NCBI GenBank assembly: GCA_001818365.1
Contig: MHKK01000015.1
Location: forward strand, 1-50,773
Origin: Candidatus Komeilibacteria bacterium RIFCSPHIGHO2_01_FULL_52_14
GTDB taxonomy: Bacteria > Patescibacteriota > Patescibacteriia > UBA1558 > 2-01-FULL-52-15
Reading direction: 5' to 3'
Length of the DNA: 50,773 nucleotides
A model generated the notes under the pieces. The model searched no databases and had not been told where the DNA came from. It saw only the letters and a program-made list of their open reading frames with translations. The position numbers were made by a program, and so were the translations under genes. This document shows, piece after piece, positions 1-7,449 of the stretch (position 1 is the first letter of the stretch; every line of letters begins with the position of its first letter).

Positions 1-1032
1 ATCGACCGGACGATTGAGTATCAGGCCTGCACGATACTTTCCAAAGGTGTCGAGAAGTACGGAGCAGACAAGGGATCGATCATTGTCATGGAGTCCGCCA
101 CTGGAAGAATCCTGGCACTCTGCAACATTCCTGATTTTGATCCGAATCAATACAACGTCGTTGACGATGTATCCCGTTTCAATGACGATGCCGTATTTGA
201 GGCGTACGAGCCGGGTTCGGTATTTAAGCCGATCGCGATGGCGGTCGCACTCGATCTTGGGCTCGTGAAACCGAATACGACGTATCAGGATACGGGAGAA
301 GTGAAGATAGCGGGCTTTACGATTCACAATTTTGACAATCGCGCGCACGGGCTCAAAACAATGACACAGGTTCTTCAGGAATCCCTGAACACCGGCATCG
401 TCTTTGCGACCGGCGATGTTCCGAATAAGACGTTTTATACATACGTGAAGCAGTTCGGTTTCGGACAAAAAACCGGGATTACCATCAGTCAGGAGGGAGC
501 CGGCTCGCTCGGGGAGCTGGCCAAGCATAAAGATGTCTTTAAGGCGACCGCGTCGTTCGGGCAAGGGATAACGGTGACGGCTCTACAGATGATTTCCGGG
601 ATTAACGCTCTTGCCAATGGAGGAGTGCTTGTGAAACCGTATATCGTTGAAGCGGTGCGCAGACCGGATGGTACTGCGCTGCCGCACATTCCTGAGCCGG
701 GCGTCCGGGTGGTAAAAAAGGAGACGGCCGATACGGCAACGGCGATGCTTGTTGAGGTTGCAGACGAGGGGTATGATCGCAAAGCCGCAGTTCCCGGATA
801 TTACTTGGCGGGAAAAACGGGCACGGCAAACGTAGTGGAGAAGGGCGTTTATACGCAGCGAACAAATCATACATTCGTGGGATACGGGCCTGCCTATGAT
901 CCAAAATTTACCGTTTTGATTCGGCTCAATAACGCAAAGAATGTTGGCTTTGCGTCCGACAGCACGACGCCGCTGTTCAATGAACTGGCCCGGTTCTTAC
1001 TCTCCTATTATAAGATCTCACCTTCGCGCTAG
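1..1032 (+). CDS. Penicillin-binding protein, transpeptidase domain (class B, FtsI/PBP2-like); 5' end lies outside the window
   Basis: Frame 1 is open from nt 1 through the listed ATG at 88 to TAG 1030-1032, so the gene is cut by the window edge. The translation carries an SxN-like motif (QESLNTG) and then a KTG motif (LAGKTGTA), in the order expected for a serine transpeptidase. Confidence 0.85.
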   Translation: MDRTIEYQACTILSKGVEKYGADKGSIIVMESATGRILALCNIPDFDPNQYNVVDDVSRFNDDAVFEAYEPGSVFKPIAMAVALDLGLVKPNTTYQDTGEVKIAGFTIHNFDNRAHGLKTMTQVLQESLNTGIVFATGDVPNKTFYTYVKQFGFGQKTGITISQEGAGSLGELAKHKDVFKATASFGQGITVTALQMISGINALANGGVLVKPYIVEAVRRPDGTALPHIPEPGVRVVKKETADTATAMLVEVADEGYDRKAAVPGYYLAGKTGTANVVEKGVYTQRTNHTFVGYGPAYDPKFTVLIRLNNAKNVGFASDSTTPLFNELARFLLSYYKISPSR

Positions 1033-1065
1033 CGTTCATGGATGCGTTGCTTATCATGGGACAGC

Positions 1066-1094
1066 TTGCAGGGGTGCTGGTGTCATAGTATAGT
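1066..1094 (+). promoter_or_regulatory. Sigma70-like promoter TTGCAG-17 nt-TATAGT upstream of the tRNA unit
   Basis: The -35-like TTGCAG lies at 1066-1071 and the -10 TATAGT at 1089-1094, with a 17-nt spacer. It sits about 20 nt upstream of the tRNA-like leader. The same TATAGT hexamer recurs at two other candidate promoters in the window. Confidence 0.4.
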
Positions 1095-1113
1095 AGTCGC
1101 GGATTTGTTTTGA

Positions 1114-1344
1114 GCCGCCATCGTCCCCGCCCGTCCGCGAGACGCTCGCGTCGAGGCGGGCGGGTAGGGGTTAGGACCCCGCACTAGATTCCGCGAGATT
1201 GTTCGTTGTAGGGCAGTTCGTCTATCCTATCTTGCGGAGACGCCAGCGGCTTGCATAGTTGAGTGATTCAAGAGCTTGGAATAGAATCAGTGCGGGGCAG
1301 GCACAGCGTTCAGAGCATTTCGGTCGAAGGTCGCCCATTACCAT
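1114..1344 (+). pseudogene. Degenerate, insertion-interrupted tRNA-Glu-like copy acting as a structured leader of the real tRNA-Glu
   Basis: Blocks 1114-1125 (GCCGCCATCGTC), 1165-1177 (TAGGGGTTAGGAC) and 1302-1311 (CACAGCGTTC) are identical to tRNA positions 1345-1356, 1357-1369 and 1369-1378, in the same order. Both units end in TACCAT. A 39-nt hairpin (1126-1164; CCCGCCCG pairs with CGGGCGGG and CGCGAG with CTCGCG) splits the D-arm blocks. CCCCGCACT (1177-1185) pairs with AGTGCGGGG (1289-1297). There is no intact anticodon stem, T-arm or 3' acceptor strand. Confidence 0.4.
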
Positions 1345-1419
1345 GCCGCCATCGTCTAGGGGTTAGGACACAGCGTTCTCAGCGCTGGAACCGGGGTTCG
1401 ATTCCCCGTGGCGGTACCA
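1345..1419 (+). tRNA. tRNA-Glu (anticodon CUC), CCA encoded
   Basis: A 75-nt cloverleaf was folded by hand. The acceptor pairs GCCGCCA with TGGCGGT (G1:U72 wobble), the D-stem GTCT with GGAC, and the anticodon stem CAGCG with CGCTG around the loop TTCTCAG (anticodon CTC). The variable loop is 4 nt, and the T-arm is CGGGG-TTCGATT-CCCCG. The discriminator is A and CCA lies at 1417-1419. The D-arm sequence GTCTAGGGGTTAGGAC is typical of tRNA-Glu. Confidence 0.9.
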
Positions 1420-1426
1420 TGAAAAA

Positions 1427-1454
1427 ACCATCAGCATCCGCTGGTGGTTTTTTC
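1427..1454 (+). terminator. Rho-independent terminator after tRNA-Glu
   Basis: The stem pairs ACCATCAGC (1427-1435) with GCTGGTGGT (1440-1448), one G:U pair, around the loop ATCC. A run of six T follows. An A-run precedes the stem, so it could act in both directions. Confidence 0.7.
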
Positions 1455-1457
1455 ATA

Positions 1458-1566
1458 GCGCCTTCGGCGCCGGGGAATCGAACGGGCAGCAGCGAGGCGC
1501 GAACGGAGGTGAGCAATCGAGCGCCGGTCAAAGCGAGCGTGCGCAGCTTTGAGCGCTGCCCCCGGA
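1458..1566 (+). other. Orphan GC-rich structured segment between two terminators (possible ncRNA or decayed tRNA debris)
   Basis: One hairpin is GCGCC-TTC-GGCGC (1458-1470). A 13-nt perfect inverted copy of the tRNA T-arm lies here (1471-1483 CGGGGAATCGAAC versus 1396-1408 GTTCGATTCCCCG). A closing helix pairs GGGCAGC (1484-1490) with GCTGCCC (1555-1561). It encloses two hairpins: GGCGC 1496-1500 with GCGCC 1521-1525, and AAAGC 1530-1534 with GCTTT 1546-1550. G+C is 41/60 in 1461-1520. Confidence 0.3.
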
Positions 1567-1655
1567 CAACGAGACGCGAGCACGCGGCGAGGCGAGAATT
1601 CCCGTATCCGGAACCAGCACAACATACTATTAATCAGTGAAGCAATTGAAATCAG

Positions 1656-1684
1656 AAGCCCGTCACGCACCGCGGGACGGGCTT
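1656..1684. terminator. Bidirectional hairpin terminator at the 3' end of the minus-strand gene
   Basis: AAGCCCGTC (1656-1664) pairs with GACGGGCTT (1676-1684), 9 bp with an 11-nt loop. On the plus strand it is followed by ATTGCGTTTTTGTTTG, and on the minus strand by CTGATTTCAATT. The hairpin abuts the TAA stop (1683-1685) of the minus-strand CDS. Confidence 0.55.
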
Positions 1685-2711
1685 ATTGCGTTTTTGTTTG
1701 CTGTACCCTCTGTCGACATTCGGAAAGAAGCTCATCGAAGAGATTGAGCAAGTTCAGGAAGAGGCGGTAGCAGATCCGCTTCGTAAAGCGCCTGTGAACC
1801 ATGCGCGAAAAAAGCTCCATGGCAAAACCCTCCAGAGCGCGTCGCGCCGATTCCCATTCCATGGTCAGCCGCTCTAATTCCCACGTATACCACGCGAGGA
1901 ATCCGTTTATCGCGGACGCTTCGCGCCATGTGCGACAGTGTTTCAGTTGCGCGAGATTGATCCTGAAGGCTTCCACCGCTTCCCGGGGGATATTCACCAC
2001 GCCCTGACGCAAATCAGACAGCACATCGTAGAAGCAATCAAGGCGGGTGAAGATCCCTTTCAGGCTGCTTATGAGCTCTCGAGCGTGTTCGTCATTACCT
2101 ACCACCTTGATACTGGGCAAAAGGATCGCACAGTCTTGATCGGTCGCATGGCGAATGAGCTCCTCTTCAGAACGCACCTCAAAACGATGGAGTCGATTGA
2201 CATCATAGAGAAAAATCTCCCAGAGATGCTTCATCTCCTCCTGTACTGAAAGATCTAGATGGAGGGCGCTCTTCATTAAGTGAGCCAGGAGCACATCTTC
2301 GTAGAACACCGGTAGTGCCAGTGTGTCAAGATTCTGCGCATTCCAGATGAGCGCTTGCTTGTGGTTAAGGTACGAACGCATCCCGATGCTGCCAGCAAAA
2401 CTCGCGTAACTGTCAATCGCATCGTCGAGGCAACGCGCCCAGCAGTAGGCTGAAGTCAAAAGCCGCGCACGGGCACCAAGCACTATCTCGGCCAGTAGCA
2501 TGATGCCGATGTAGGTGACACATGCTCCAAGGGCGCTCGCCGTGCCAAAACATCCTCGGTGCCTCCTTTGCCAGATGCTTGTTGCAACCGTCGCTATCTG
2601 ATAATGCAAAACGAGCAAGCCACGACGCCAGCGTGCCATATGCCACAGCTCATTCGATGTCATATACCCCCCCAATCCTGTTAAAGAACCGGCGCCTCTA
2701 CTGTGCCCCAT
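1683..2711 (-). CDS. Squalene/phytoene synthase family-like protein (class I isoprenoid synthase fold), divergent
   Basis: This is a 342-aa ORF. SAYCWARCLDDAIDS resembles the first Asp-rich motif of head-to-head prenyl synthases (YxxCRxxDDxxD). FYDVLSDLRQGVVNIPRE sits where the second motif (NILRDVGEDxxxGRxYLP) lies, but without the ED pair. The start may be an internal Met (MTSNELW, near 2663). Confidence 0.5.
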   Translation of the reverse strand: MGHSRGAGSLTGLGGYMTSNELWHMARWRRGLLVLHYQIATVATSIWQRRHRGCFGTASALGACVTYIGIMLLAEIVLGARARLLTSAYCWARCLDDAIDSYASFAGSIGMRSYLNHKQALIWNAQNLDTLALPVFYEDVLLAHLMKSALHLDLSVQEEMKHLWEIFLYDVNRLHRFEVRSEEELIRHATDQDCAILLPSIKVVGNDEHARELISSLKGIFTRLDCFYDVLSDLRQGVVNIPREAVEAFRINLAQLKHCRTWREASAINGFLAWYTWELERLTMEWESARRALEGFAMELFSRMVHRRFTKRICYRLFLNLLNLFDELLSECRQRVQQTKTQ

Positions 2712-2930
2712 GACCGCAAACTAGTCAATCAAAGGGACGTCTTTGTGAAAAGGAGACCCTCTTTTGCGGAAGTGCGGATGCCTCAGCGTCTCTCAGCATC
2801 CACTTGCCGATCGAGGCAAGAAGCGCCTCCCAAATTCGAGGTATGTATCGTTGAGGCGGAGCATCAGGGGAATCGAACGGACAGGAAGCAAAAGTTTTCT
2901 TATTTCGCAAGATACGCTATTATTGACGCT

Positions 2931-3626
2931 ATGCCAAGCAAAATTCAGATTCCGCAGCACGTCGGCATTATCATGGACGGGAACCGCCGCTGGGCGCGCG
3001 AACAGGGGAAACCCTCGTTTGAGGGCCATGCTCGGGGGTATACTCGCGCCATTGAGGTTGCACGGCACGCTTTTAATACCGGGGTCAAGTACATTACACT
3101 GTACGCGTTTTCGAGCGAGAATTGGAACCGAGCCCAGGAAGAAATCGGCTATCTGATGTCGTTGCTTTCGCGGATGCTCAAGGAACAGCAGCAGGAACTT
3201 CGGAAAAACGGAATTCGCCTCAAATTCATCGGGGCATCCGATCGTATCGATAATTCCCTCGTGTCCGCAATGCGGGAAGCCGAGCGAGCGTGCGAACAGG
3301 GCACGAACGGAACGCTTCTCATTGCCTTCAATTACGGCGGCCGGAGAGAGATTACCGACGCCGTCCAAAAACTTCTCAAGAAGACCCGTCGAACGGAAGA
3401 AATCACCGAAGCCGACGTTTCGTCGCAGCTCAACACTGCGGGTGTTCCGGATCCCGATCTCATTATCAGAACAGCCGGAGAACGACGCCTCTCGGGTTTT
3501 CTCCTTTGGCAGGCGGCGTACAGCGAGCTCTATTTTACCGAAACACTCTGGCCGGCGTTTACCACGAAGGATTTCGACGCGGCGTTGGACGATTTTGCAC
3601 TTCGAAAAAGAAATTTTGGAAAATAA
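2931..3626 (+). CDS. uppS: Undecaprenyl-diphosphate synthase (cis-prenyltransferase)
   Basis: Diagnostic cis-IPPS motifs are present: HVGIIMDGNRRWA, ITLYAFSSENWNR and IRTAGERRLSGFLLWQAAYSELYF. I moved the start to ATG 2931 (MPSKIQIPQH). The 76 upstream codons of the listed ORF are R/S-rich and overlap the 5' end of the divergent gene. Confidence 0.9.
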   Translation: MPSKIQIPQHVGIIMDGNRRWAREQGKPSFEGHARGYTRAIEVARHAFNTGVKYITLYAFSSENWNRAQEEIGYLMSLLSRMLKEQQQELRKNGIRLKFIGASDRIDNSLVSAMREAERACEQGTNGTLLIAFNYGGRREITDAVQKLLKKTRRTEEITEADVSSQLNTAGVPDPDLIIRTAGERRLSGFLLWQAAYSELYFTETLWPAFTTKDFDAALDDFALRKRNFGK

Positions 3627-3627
3627 T

Positions 3628-3948
3628 ATGACACATGAACGATGGGAAGAGGTTAAGAGCATGATAAAAAAGGGGTTCACCGTGCTCGACGAGTACGAGG
3701 AAGAACTCGATCCCGGCGTATCCGAGAATATCGAATTCGAAGCGCCCCAGGGCACCATGAAGGTTTCGTTCGTTCGAAAGCCGAGAGTCCTCGGGAAGGA
3801 CACTCATTATGCGCGACGAGGCGGATCCGGCGTGTCCGTTTCCTATCGGTATTCGGCCGATGAGGAGGTGACGCATCTCGAGGTTTTTCGATACGATACC
3901 GCGCGAGACATGTGGGTTGCAATCGATGCCACAACCCTGTTTCGTTGA
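3628..3948 (+). CDS. Hypothetical small acidic cytoplasmic protein (106 aa)
   Basis: ATG 3628 lies 1 nt after the uppS stop (TAA 3624-3626). It is in frame with the listed 3322..3948 ORF, whose upstream part overlaps uppS. No motif was recognised. Confidence 0.6.
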   Translation: MTHERWEEVKSMIKKGFTVLDEYEEELDPGVSENIEFEAPQGTMKVSFVRKPRVLGKDTHYARRGGSGVSVSYRYSADEEVTHLEVFRYDTARDMWVAIDATTLFR

Positions 3949-3981
3949 GCATGTTCTTTATGATATACTTATACGGTTCGT

Positions 3982-4491
3982 ATGCTTAATCGACAGATGT
4001 TCCCGGCAGATTTTGAGAAGCGAGTAGGCGGGCGGAACGCCCGTCTCGTTTACGGTATTGGTATCGCATGCGGCATCGTAGTCGTCATCGCGTTGCTGTA
4101 TGTGTTTTTTGGCGGCAAATCAGTGTCTGTGCCTTTTTTGAAGCGGCAGGAAACTCCCGAACAGAAAGCTGATCGATTGTCGCTCATGAATATATTGAAC
4201 CGGTTTACCATCAGCGAGGCCGTATCGGGGAGTTCGGCTACGAGTACACCGTCCGTAGCAACCGCCCGCAGGCAGCATATTCAGCAGACGGTGACCGAGT
4301 TGGAAAATCTGGATACGGACGGGGAGCTTCGATCAATCCAGCAAAAGCTTATTCAGTATTTTCATGACTGGGATGCAGCTCTGGCGATCGGTGGCAATAC
4401 CGGAGTCATTCGCAAGGGATTTTTGGCCTTGGGAGATCAATACTCCTGGCTCTCGACGTTATCCTGGCTCATTGTGCTGAATCGCCTCTAG
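3982..4491 (+). CDS. Hypothetical single-pass membrane protein
   Basis: This 169-aa ORF has one N-terminal hydrophobic helix (LVYGIGIACGIVVVIALLYVFF). It is co-directional with and close to its neighbours. Confidence 0.6.
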   Translation: MLNRQMFPADFEKRVGGRNARLVYGIGIACGIVVVIALLYVFFGGKSVSVPFLKRQETPEQKADRLSLMNILNRFTISEAVSGSSATSTPSVATARRQHIQQTVTELENLDTDGELRSIQQKLIQYFHDWDAALAIGGNTGVIRKGFLALGDQYSWLSTLSWLIVLNRL

Positions 4492-4508
4492 GGCGTTTTT
4501 ATCGTCAC

Positions 4509-5264
4509 ATGAAACTCATTGCCTCGTACGCATTCACTCTGATTTATTGGATTGCTTTTTTCAGCTTAGTCCATTTATCGCCTTTTACTCCCGTTGCGCT
4601 GCTACTTTTTTTGATATGTTTTATCGCTCTCGCGGCGATGCTCAGCGGTCGGCTGTTTTTTAAGGATGCGCAGCTTTGGGCGCATCTTTTTCTTTTTTTT
4701 ATATCCTCATTTTTGTTCCTTACCATTCTGTCGTCACTTACCGCAAAGAATCTGTATATTTTGTTTTTCGGTCTTATTTCAGGCGCCCTCTTGGCACTTG
4801 TCGCTACCTATACCGAGCGACGGGAGCAATTTGCATCGCACCAGTATCTCCGGCTCGTGACGGTGTCATATCTCATCACCTTTTGGCAAATCGTTGCTTT
4901 TATTTACTTTTTGATAATATCTTTCAGTGCGTCGTATGCGAACGCTTTATTACTCGTCGGACTTTTGGCTTACATTACGATTCACGGAATTTTATCGGCG
5001 AATTATCTTAAAAAAAGCTCCCCGTTTCTCGTTACCGTAGTTACTATTCTGACGACCGCGGAGTTCTTCTTCTTTTTAACGCTGCTCCCGCTCCACCATT
5101 ATATCGTGGCGACATTGACGACGATCTGGCTGTATTTTATCATCGAGATGGTCATTACCGGACAAGAGTTGTCGAGCCGGCGCAGAATATTTACGTTCTA
5201 TATAGTCCTGCTCTGTGCGATAGTAGCTCTTATCCTCGCATCTTCACGATTTATCAGATTTTGA
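4509..5264 (+). CDS. Hypothetical polytopic membrane protein
   Basis: This 251-aa ORF has about 7-8 hydrophobic segments rich in F/L/I. No catalytic motif was recognised. Confidence 0.65.
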   Translation: MKLIASYAFTLIYWIAFFSLVHLSPFTPVALLLFLICFIALAAMLSGRLFFKDAQLWAHLFLFFISSFLFLTILSSLTAKNLYILFFGLISGALLALVATYTERREQFASHQYLRLVTVSYLITFWQIVAFIYFLIISFSASYANALLLVGLLAYITIHGILSANYLKKSSPFLVTVVTILTTAEFFFFLTLLPLHHYIVATLTTIWLYFIIEMVITGQELSSRRRIFTFYIVLLCAIVALILASSRFIRF

Positions 5265-5279
5265 TCTATACTGAGGCAT

Positions 5280-6356
5280 ATGCCGGACCACTTTGAACGT
5301 CCAACGACGCACCAGCAGGAATTCCCTCTTGCACGGCGAATAACCTATTTATTCGTTTCAGCCATCATCGGGGTTATGAGCGGTGTTGTCGGTTTGGCGG
5401 TCATTGTTCGCTTTTACTTCCCCAGCGATGAGTTTCTTAAACAATATCCGATCGTGAGATCTCAGATCGACGGCACGGATTCACGGTCCGGCTCACAGGA
5501 ATCTGTTCTTGCGATGCAGGGCATTATCGTGAGGCGCACGAATAGCCAGGATGCGACGCCCGCCCTTCCTTTTGAAGGAATCGTCGGTCCGGCCGTTGCC
5601 TTAACCTCTGACGGGTGGTTCGCATTTTCAGGGGAGCTTCAGGGAGCCGTTGAAAGTTACGAGTTGTATGTCGGTTCGGTTCATTCCGCCGTTCGTGATC
5701 GCCGGTACGATTCAACCTTTGGTGTTACGTTCGTCAAGATCGAAACTCAGGCGATAACTCCCGTCGACATTGTTCAGCTGCAGGAACGCCCCGGTGATCT
5801 GCTTTTTTCCAATGACCGAACCTCGCTCGATTCGTCGCGTTTTTTTGCCACGTACGTACGTGATACCCGGTTTGCCGTCGATATGACCAGACCGTTGCTT
5901 CGTACTGCGGGTATTTTTTCAGAATATTTTCGACCGACGAACGATTCGGATGCACTCTTCTACTTTGATACTATCGGACGACTTGTCGGCGTTAGGAGCC
6001 CTCGTAATTCGTCGCTCATAATTCCTGCGAGATACCTTTGGCTTTCATTTGAGCTTATTCTTGCCCATGCCAAACCGAGTGGGCTCGGCATTTCGTACTA
6101 TTATGCTGCAGAGGCGGATCCGATGCGACCAGAAGGTATCACCATAGCCAATGCCGCACGCAAGCCCTTGGATCCGCGAGGACTGGCTGCACAGGCAGGG
6201 CTTGCGATAGGGGACAGGATCCTCGCGATCAACAGTGAGACAATAGGCAGCGACGCTTCGTTTGAATATCTTTGGCAAAAGAATCAACTCAAGTCGCAAG
6301 TTTCGTTACTTGTCGACAGGAACGGAAAAGAATTTTCCGTAACGATTACACGGTAG
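5280..6356 (+). CDS. Membrane-anchored HtrA-like protein with C-terminal PDZ domain; protease triad apparently degenerate
   Basis: GAGG lies 4 nt upstream of the ATG. There is an N-terminal TM helix (ITYLFVSAIIGVMSGVVGLAVIV). The C-terminus is PDZ-like (AAQAGLAIGDRILAINSETIGS...VSLLVDRNGKEFSVTI). The middle region is collinear with the DegP layout, but I see no TNxHV or GNSGGP motif. Confidence 0.6.
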   Translation: MPDHFERPTTHQQEFPLARRITYLFVSAIIGVMSGVVGLAVIVRFYFPSDEFLKQYPIVRSQIDGTDSRSGSQESVLAMQGIIVRRTNSQDATPALPFEGIVGPAVALTSDGWFAFSGELQGAVESYELYVGSVHSAVRDRRYDSTFGVTFVKIETQAITPVDIVQLQERPGDLLFSNDRTSLDSSRFFATYVRDTRFAVDMTRPLLRTAGIFSEYFRPTNDSDALFYFDTIGRLVGVRSPRNSSLIIPARYLWLSFELILAHAKPSGLGISYYYAAEADPMRPEGITIANAARKPLDPRGLAAQAGLAIGDRILAINSETIGSDASFEYLWQKNQLKSQVSLLVDRNGKEFSVTITR

Positions 6357-6359
6357 GAT

Positions 6360-6629
6360 CTAGGCGTCAGGTGGCCGCGGGCTGTATTTTGTCGCATGTA
6401 TATTCCACTGGCCGACATAGCGCCCAATACCGGAGATGTCGCGCTGGTTTCTGCGTCTTGTGCTCTGTTGAGACCACTTAACCAAGCTCTCGAAGCTTAT
6501 TTTATATCGGTTGTGTACAACGATATATCTGACAGATCCGCTTTTAATAGCATCTCTGATCGTCTTGGTTGAAACGCCGAACAAGCGAGCCGCCTCGGAA
6601 ACAGATACTCGTATTGGTGATGATGTCAT
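6360..6629 (-). CDS. Small helix-turn-helix DNA-binding protein (excisionase/MerR-like HTH)
   Basis: VSVSEAARLFGVSTKTIRDAIKSGSV is a classic HTH. I moved the start to ATG 6629 (MTSSPIR) because the listed TTG start at 6677 coincides with a candidate -35 hexamer. Confidence 0.65.
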   Translation of the reverse strand: MTSSPIRVSVSEAARLFGVSTKTIRDAIKSGSVRYIVVHNRYKISFESLVKWSQQSTRRRNQRDISGIGRYVGQWNIHATKYSPRPPDA

Positions 6630-6648
6630 ATGTTCTACACTATTGTAT

Positions 6649-6677
6649 AAGATATTGAATCTATCCTGATAAGTCAA
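6649..6677 (-). promoter_or_regulatory. Candidate promoter TTGACT-17 nt-TATCTT for the HTH gene
   Basis: On the minus strand, TTGACT lies at plus-strand coordinates 6672-6677 and TATCTT at 6649-6654, with a 17-nt spacer. It lies 19 nt upstream of ATG 6629. Confidence 0.3.
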
Positions 6678-6724
6678 ATGTCTATTTCGATAAAATAAGG
6701 TGAATAGTTGCGAGCTAGGTATCC

Positions 6725-6754
6725 TTTACAAAACCACTCACATTTCAATATAAT
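6725..6754 (+). promoter_or_regulatory. Candidate promoter TTTACA-18 nt-TATAAT upstream of the ECF sigma gene
   Basis: TTTACA lies at 6725-6730 and a consensus TATAAT at 6749-6754, with an 18-nt spacer. It is about 140 nt upstream of ATG 6898. Confidence 0.35.
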
Positions 6755-6897
6755 TAGCTGAGTCAATTTTTCTTAAGCAGGTCCGTTCGAAAAAGACAGT
6801 ATCGGGGACCCTTTTTTTATCGGGAATTAGCGTATTTTTAAAATTTATTTTTCAGGGCGACTAGTGTAACAATCGGCGAAGATTCGCGACTTATATT

Positions 6898-7446
6898 ATG
6901 AAGGGCATCAAGAATTCGCTTAAGGAGAGGATAGCTCTTCTTAGAATACGGCAGGGCGACGCGGAAGCATTCGGCTTCATTTACGACAGTTACATTGACA
7001 GAATTCACCGGTACGTCGCGTTCAGGATCTCTGATGCCGGTTTGGTACACGATCTGATACAGGACGTCTTTCTTGAAACATGGGAGTATCTTGTGTCAAA
7101 GCGGCCTGTGGATAACATCCGGTCATTTCTGTACCGGGTTGCCCACAATAAGATCGTCGATTACTACCGGACACGCGAGCGACAGGCAGCTCTGATTACG
7201 GATCTTCCCGATGAGCAACCGATACAGAATCAGCTGGAGGCAACCGTCGACCTGGTGCTCATTAAGAAATCGATCGTTCATCTGAAGTCCGAATATCAGG
7301 ATGTCATCGTGCTCCGTTTTATAGAAGGATTGAATATCGCAGAAATAAGCGCGGTCATGAGCAAGGAACCGCCAGCGATCAGGGTTCTGCTGCATCGAGC
7401 GCTTGCATCACTTCGTCAGGTAGTCGGCGGGAAGGAAGAAAAATGA
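6898..7446 (+). CDS. RNA polymerase sigma-70 family, ECF-type sigma factor
   Basis: This 182-aa protein has region 2 (IHRYVAFRISDAGLVHDLIQDVFLETWEY, AHNKIVDYYR). It also has the region 4 HTH (VIVLRFIEGLNIAEISAVMSKEPPAIRVLLHRALASLR). Confidence 0.85.
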   Translation: MKGIKNSLKERIALLRIRQGDAEAFGFIYDSYIDRIHRYVAFRISDAGLVHDLIQDVFLETWEYLVSKRPVDNIRSFLYRVAHNKIVDYYRTRERQAALITDLPDEQPIQNQLEATVDLVLIKKSIVHLKSEYQDVIVLRFIEGLNIAEISAVMSKEPPAIRVLLHRALASLRQVVGGKEEK

Positions 7447-7449
7447 TTC

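Noticed and set aside
1114-1419. The idea that 1114-1419 is a single tRNA gene split by a group I or archaeal-type intron, or a split/permuted tRNA
   Set aside because: The downstream 75-nt tRNA is complete on its own. The upstream copy lacks any 3' acceptor strand, T-arm or closed anticodon stem. The inserts (39 nt and about 120 nt) are too short for a group I intron and are not at canonical intron positions. A degenerate duplicate is more parsimonious, though the region is still flagged as a finding.
1263-1770. ORFs 1263..1640 (+), 1431..1670 (-) and 1549..1770 (+) across the tRNA region
   Set aside because: They run through a bona fide tRNA and its terminators. Their translations are Arg/Ser/Ala-rich, as is typical of GC-rich non-coding sequence.
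2703-2930. The N-terminal extension of uppS (listed start 2703)
   Set aside because: These 76 non-conserved R/S-rich codons overlap the start of the divergent gene. The conserved UppS sequence begins right after Met at 2931.
2793-3803. A 336-aa minus-strand ORF covering the whole uppS gene
   Set aside because: This is an antisense shadow ORF. Its translation is R/S/P/G-rich with no motif. The plus strand carries unmistakable UppS motifs and a tightly abutting downstream gene.
6779-6820. A possible small RNA or attenuator: a weak stem (GGTCC 6780-6784 with GGACC 6806-6810) followed by a run of seven T downstream of the TTTACA/TATAAT promoter
   Set aside because: It has only 5 bp with a 21-nt loop and no extendable pairing. 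The T-run alone is not enough evidence for a terminator.
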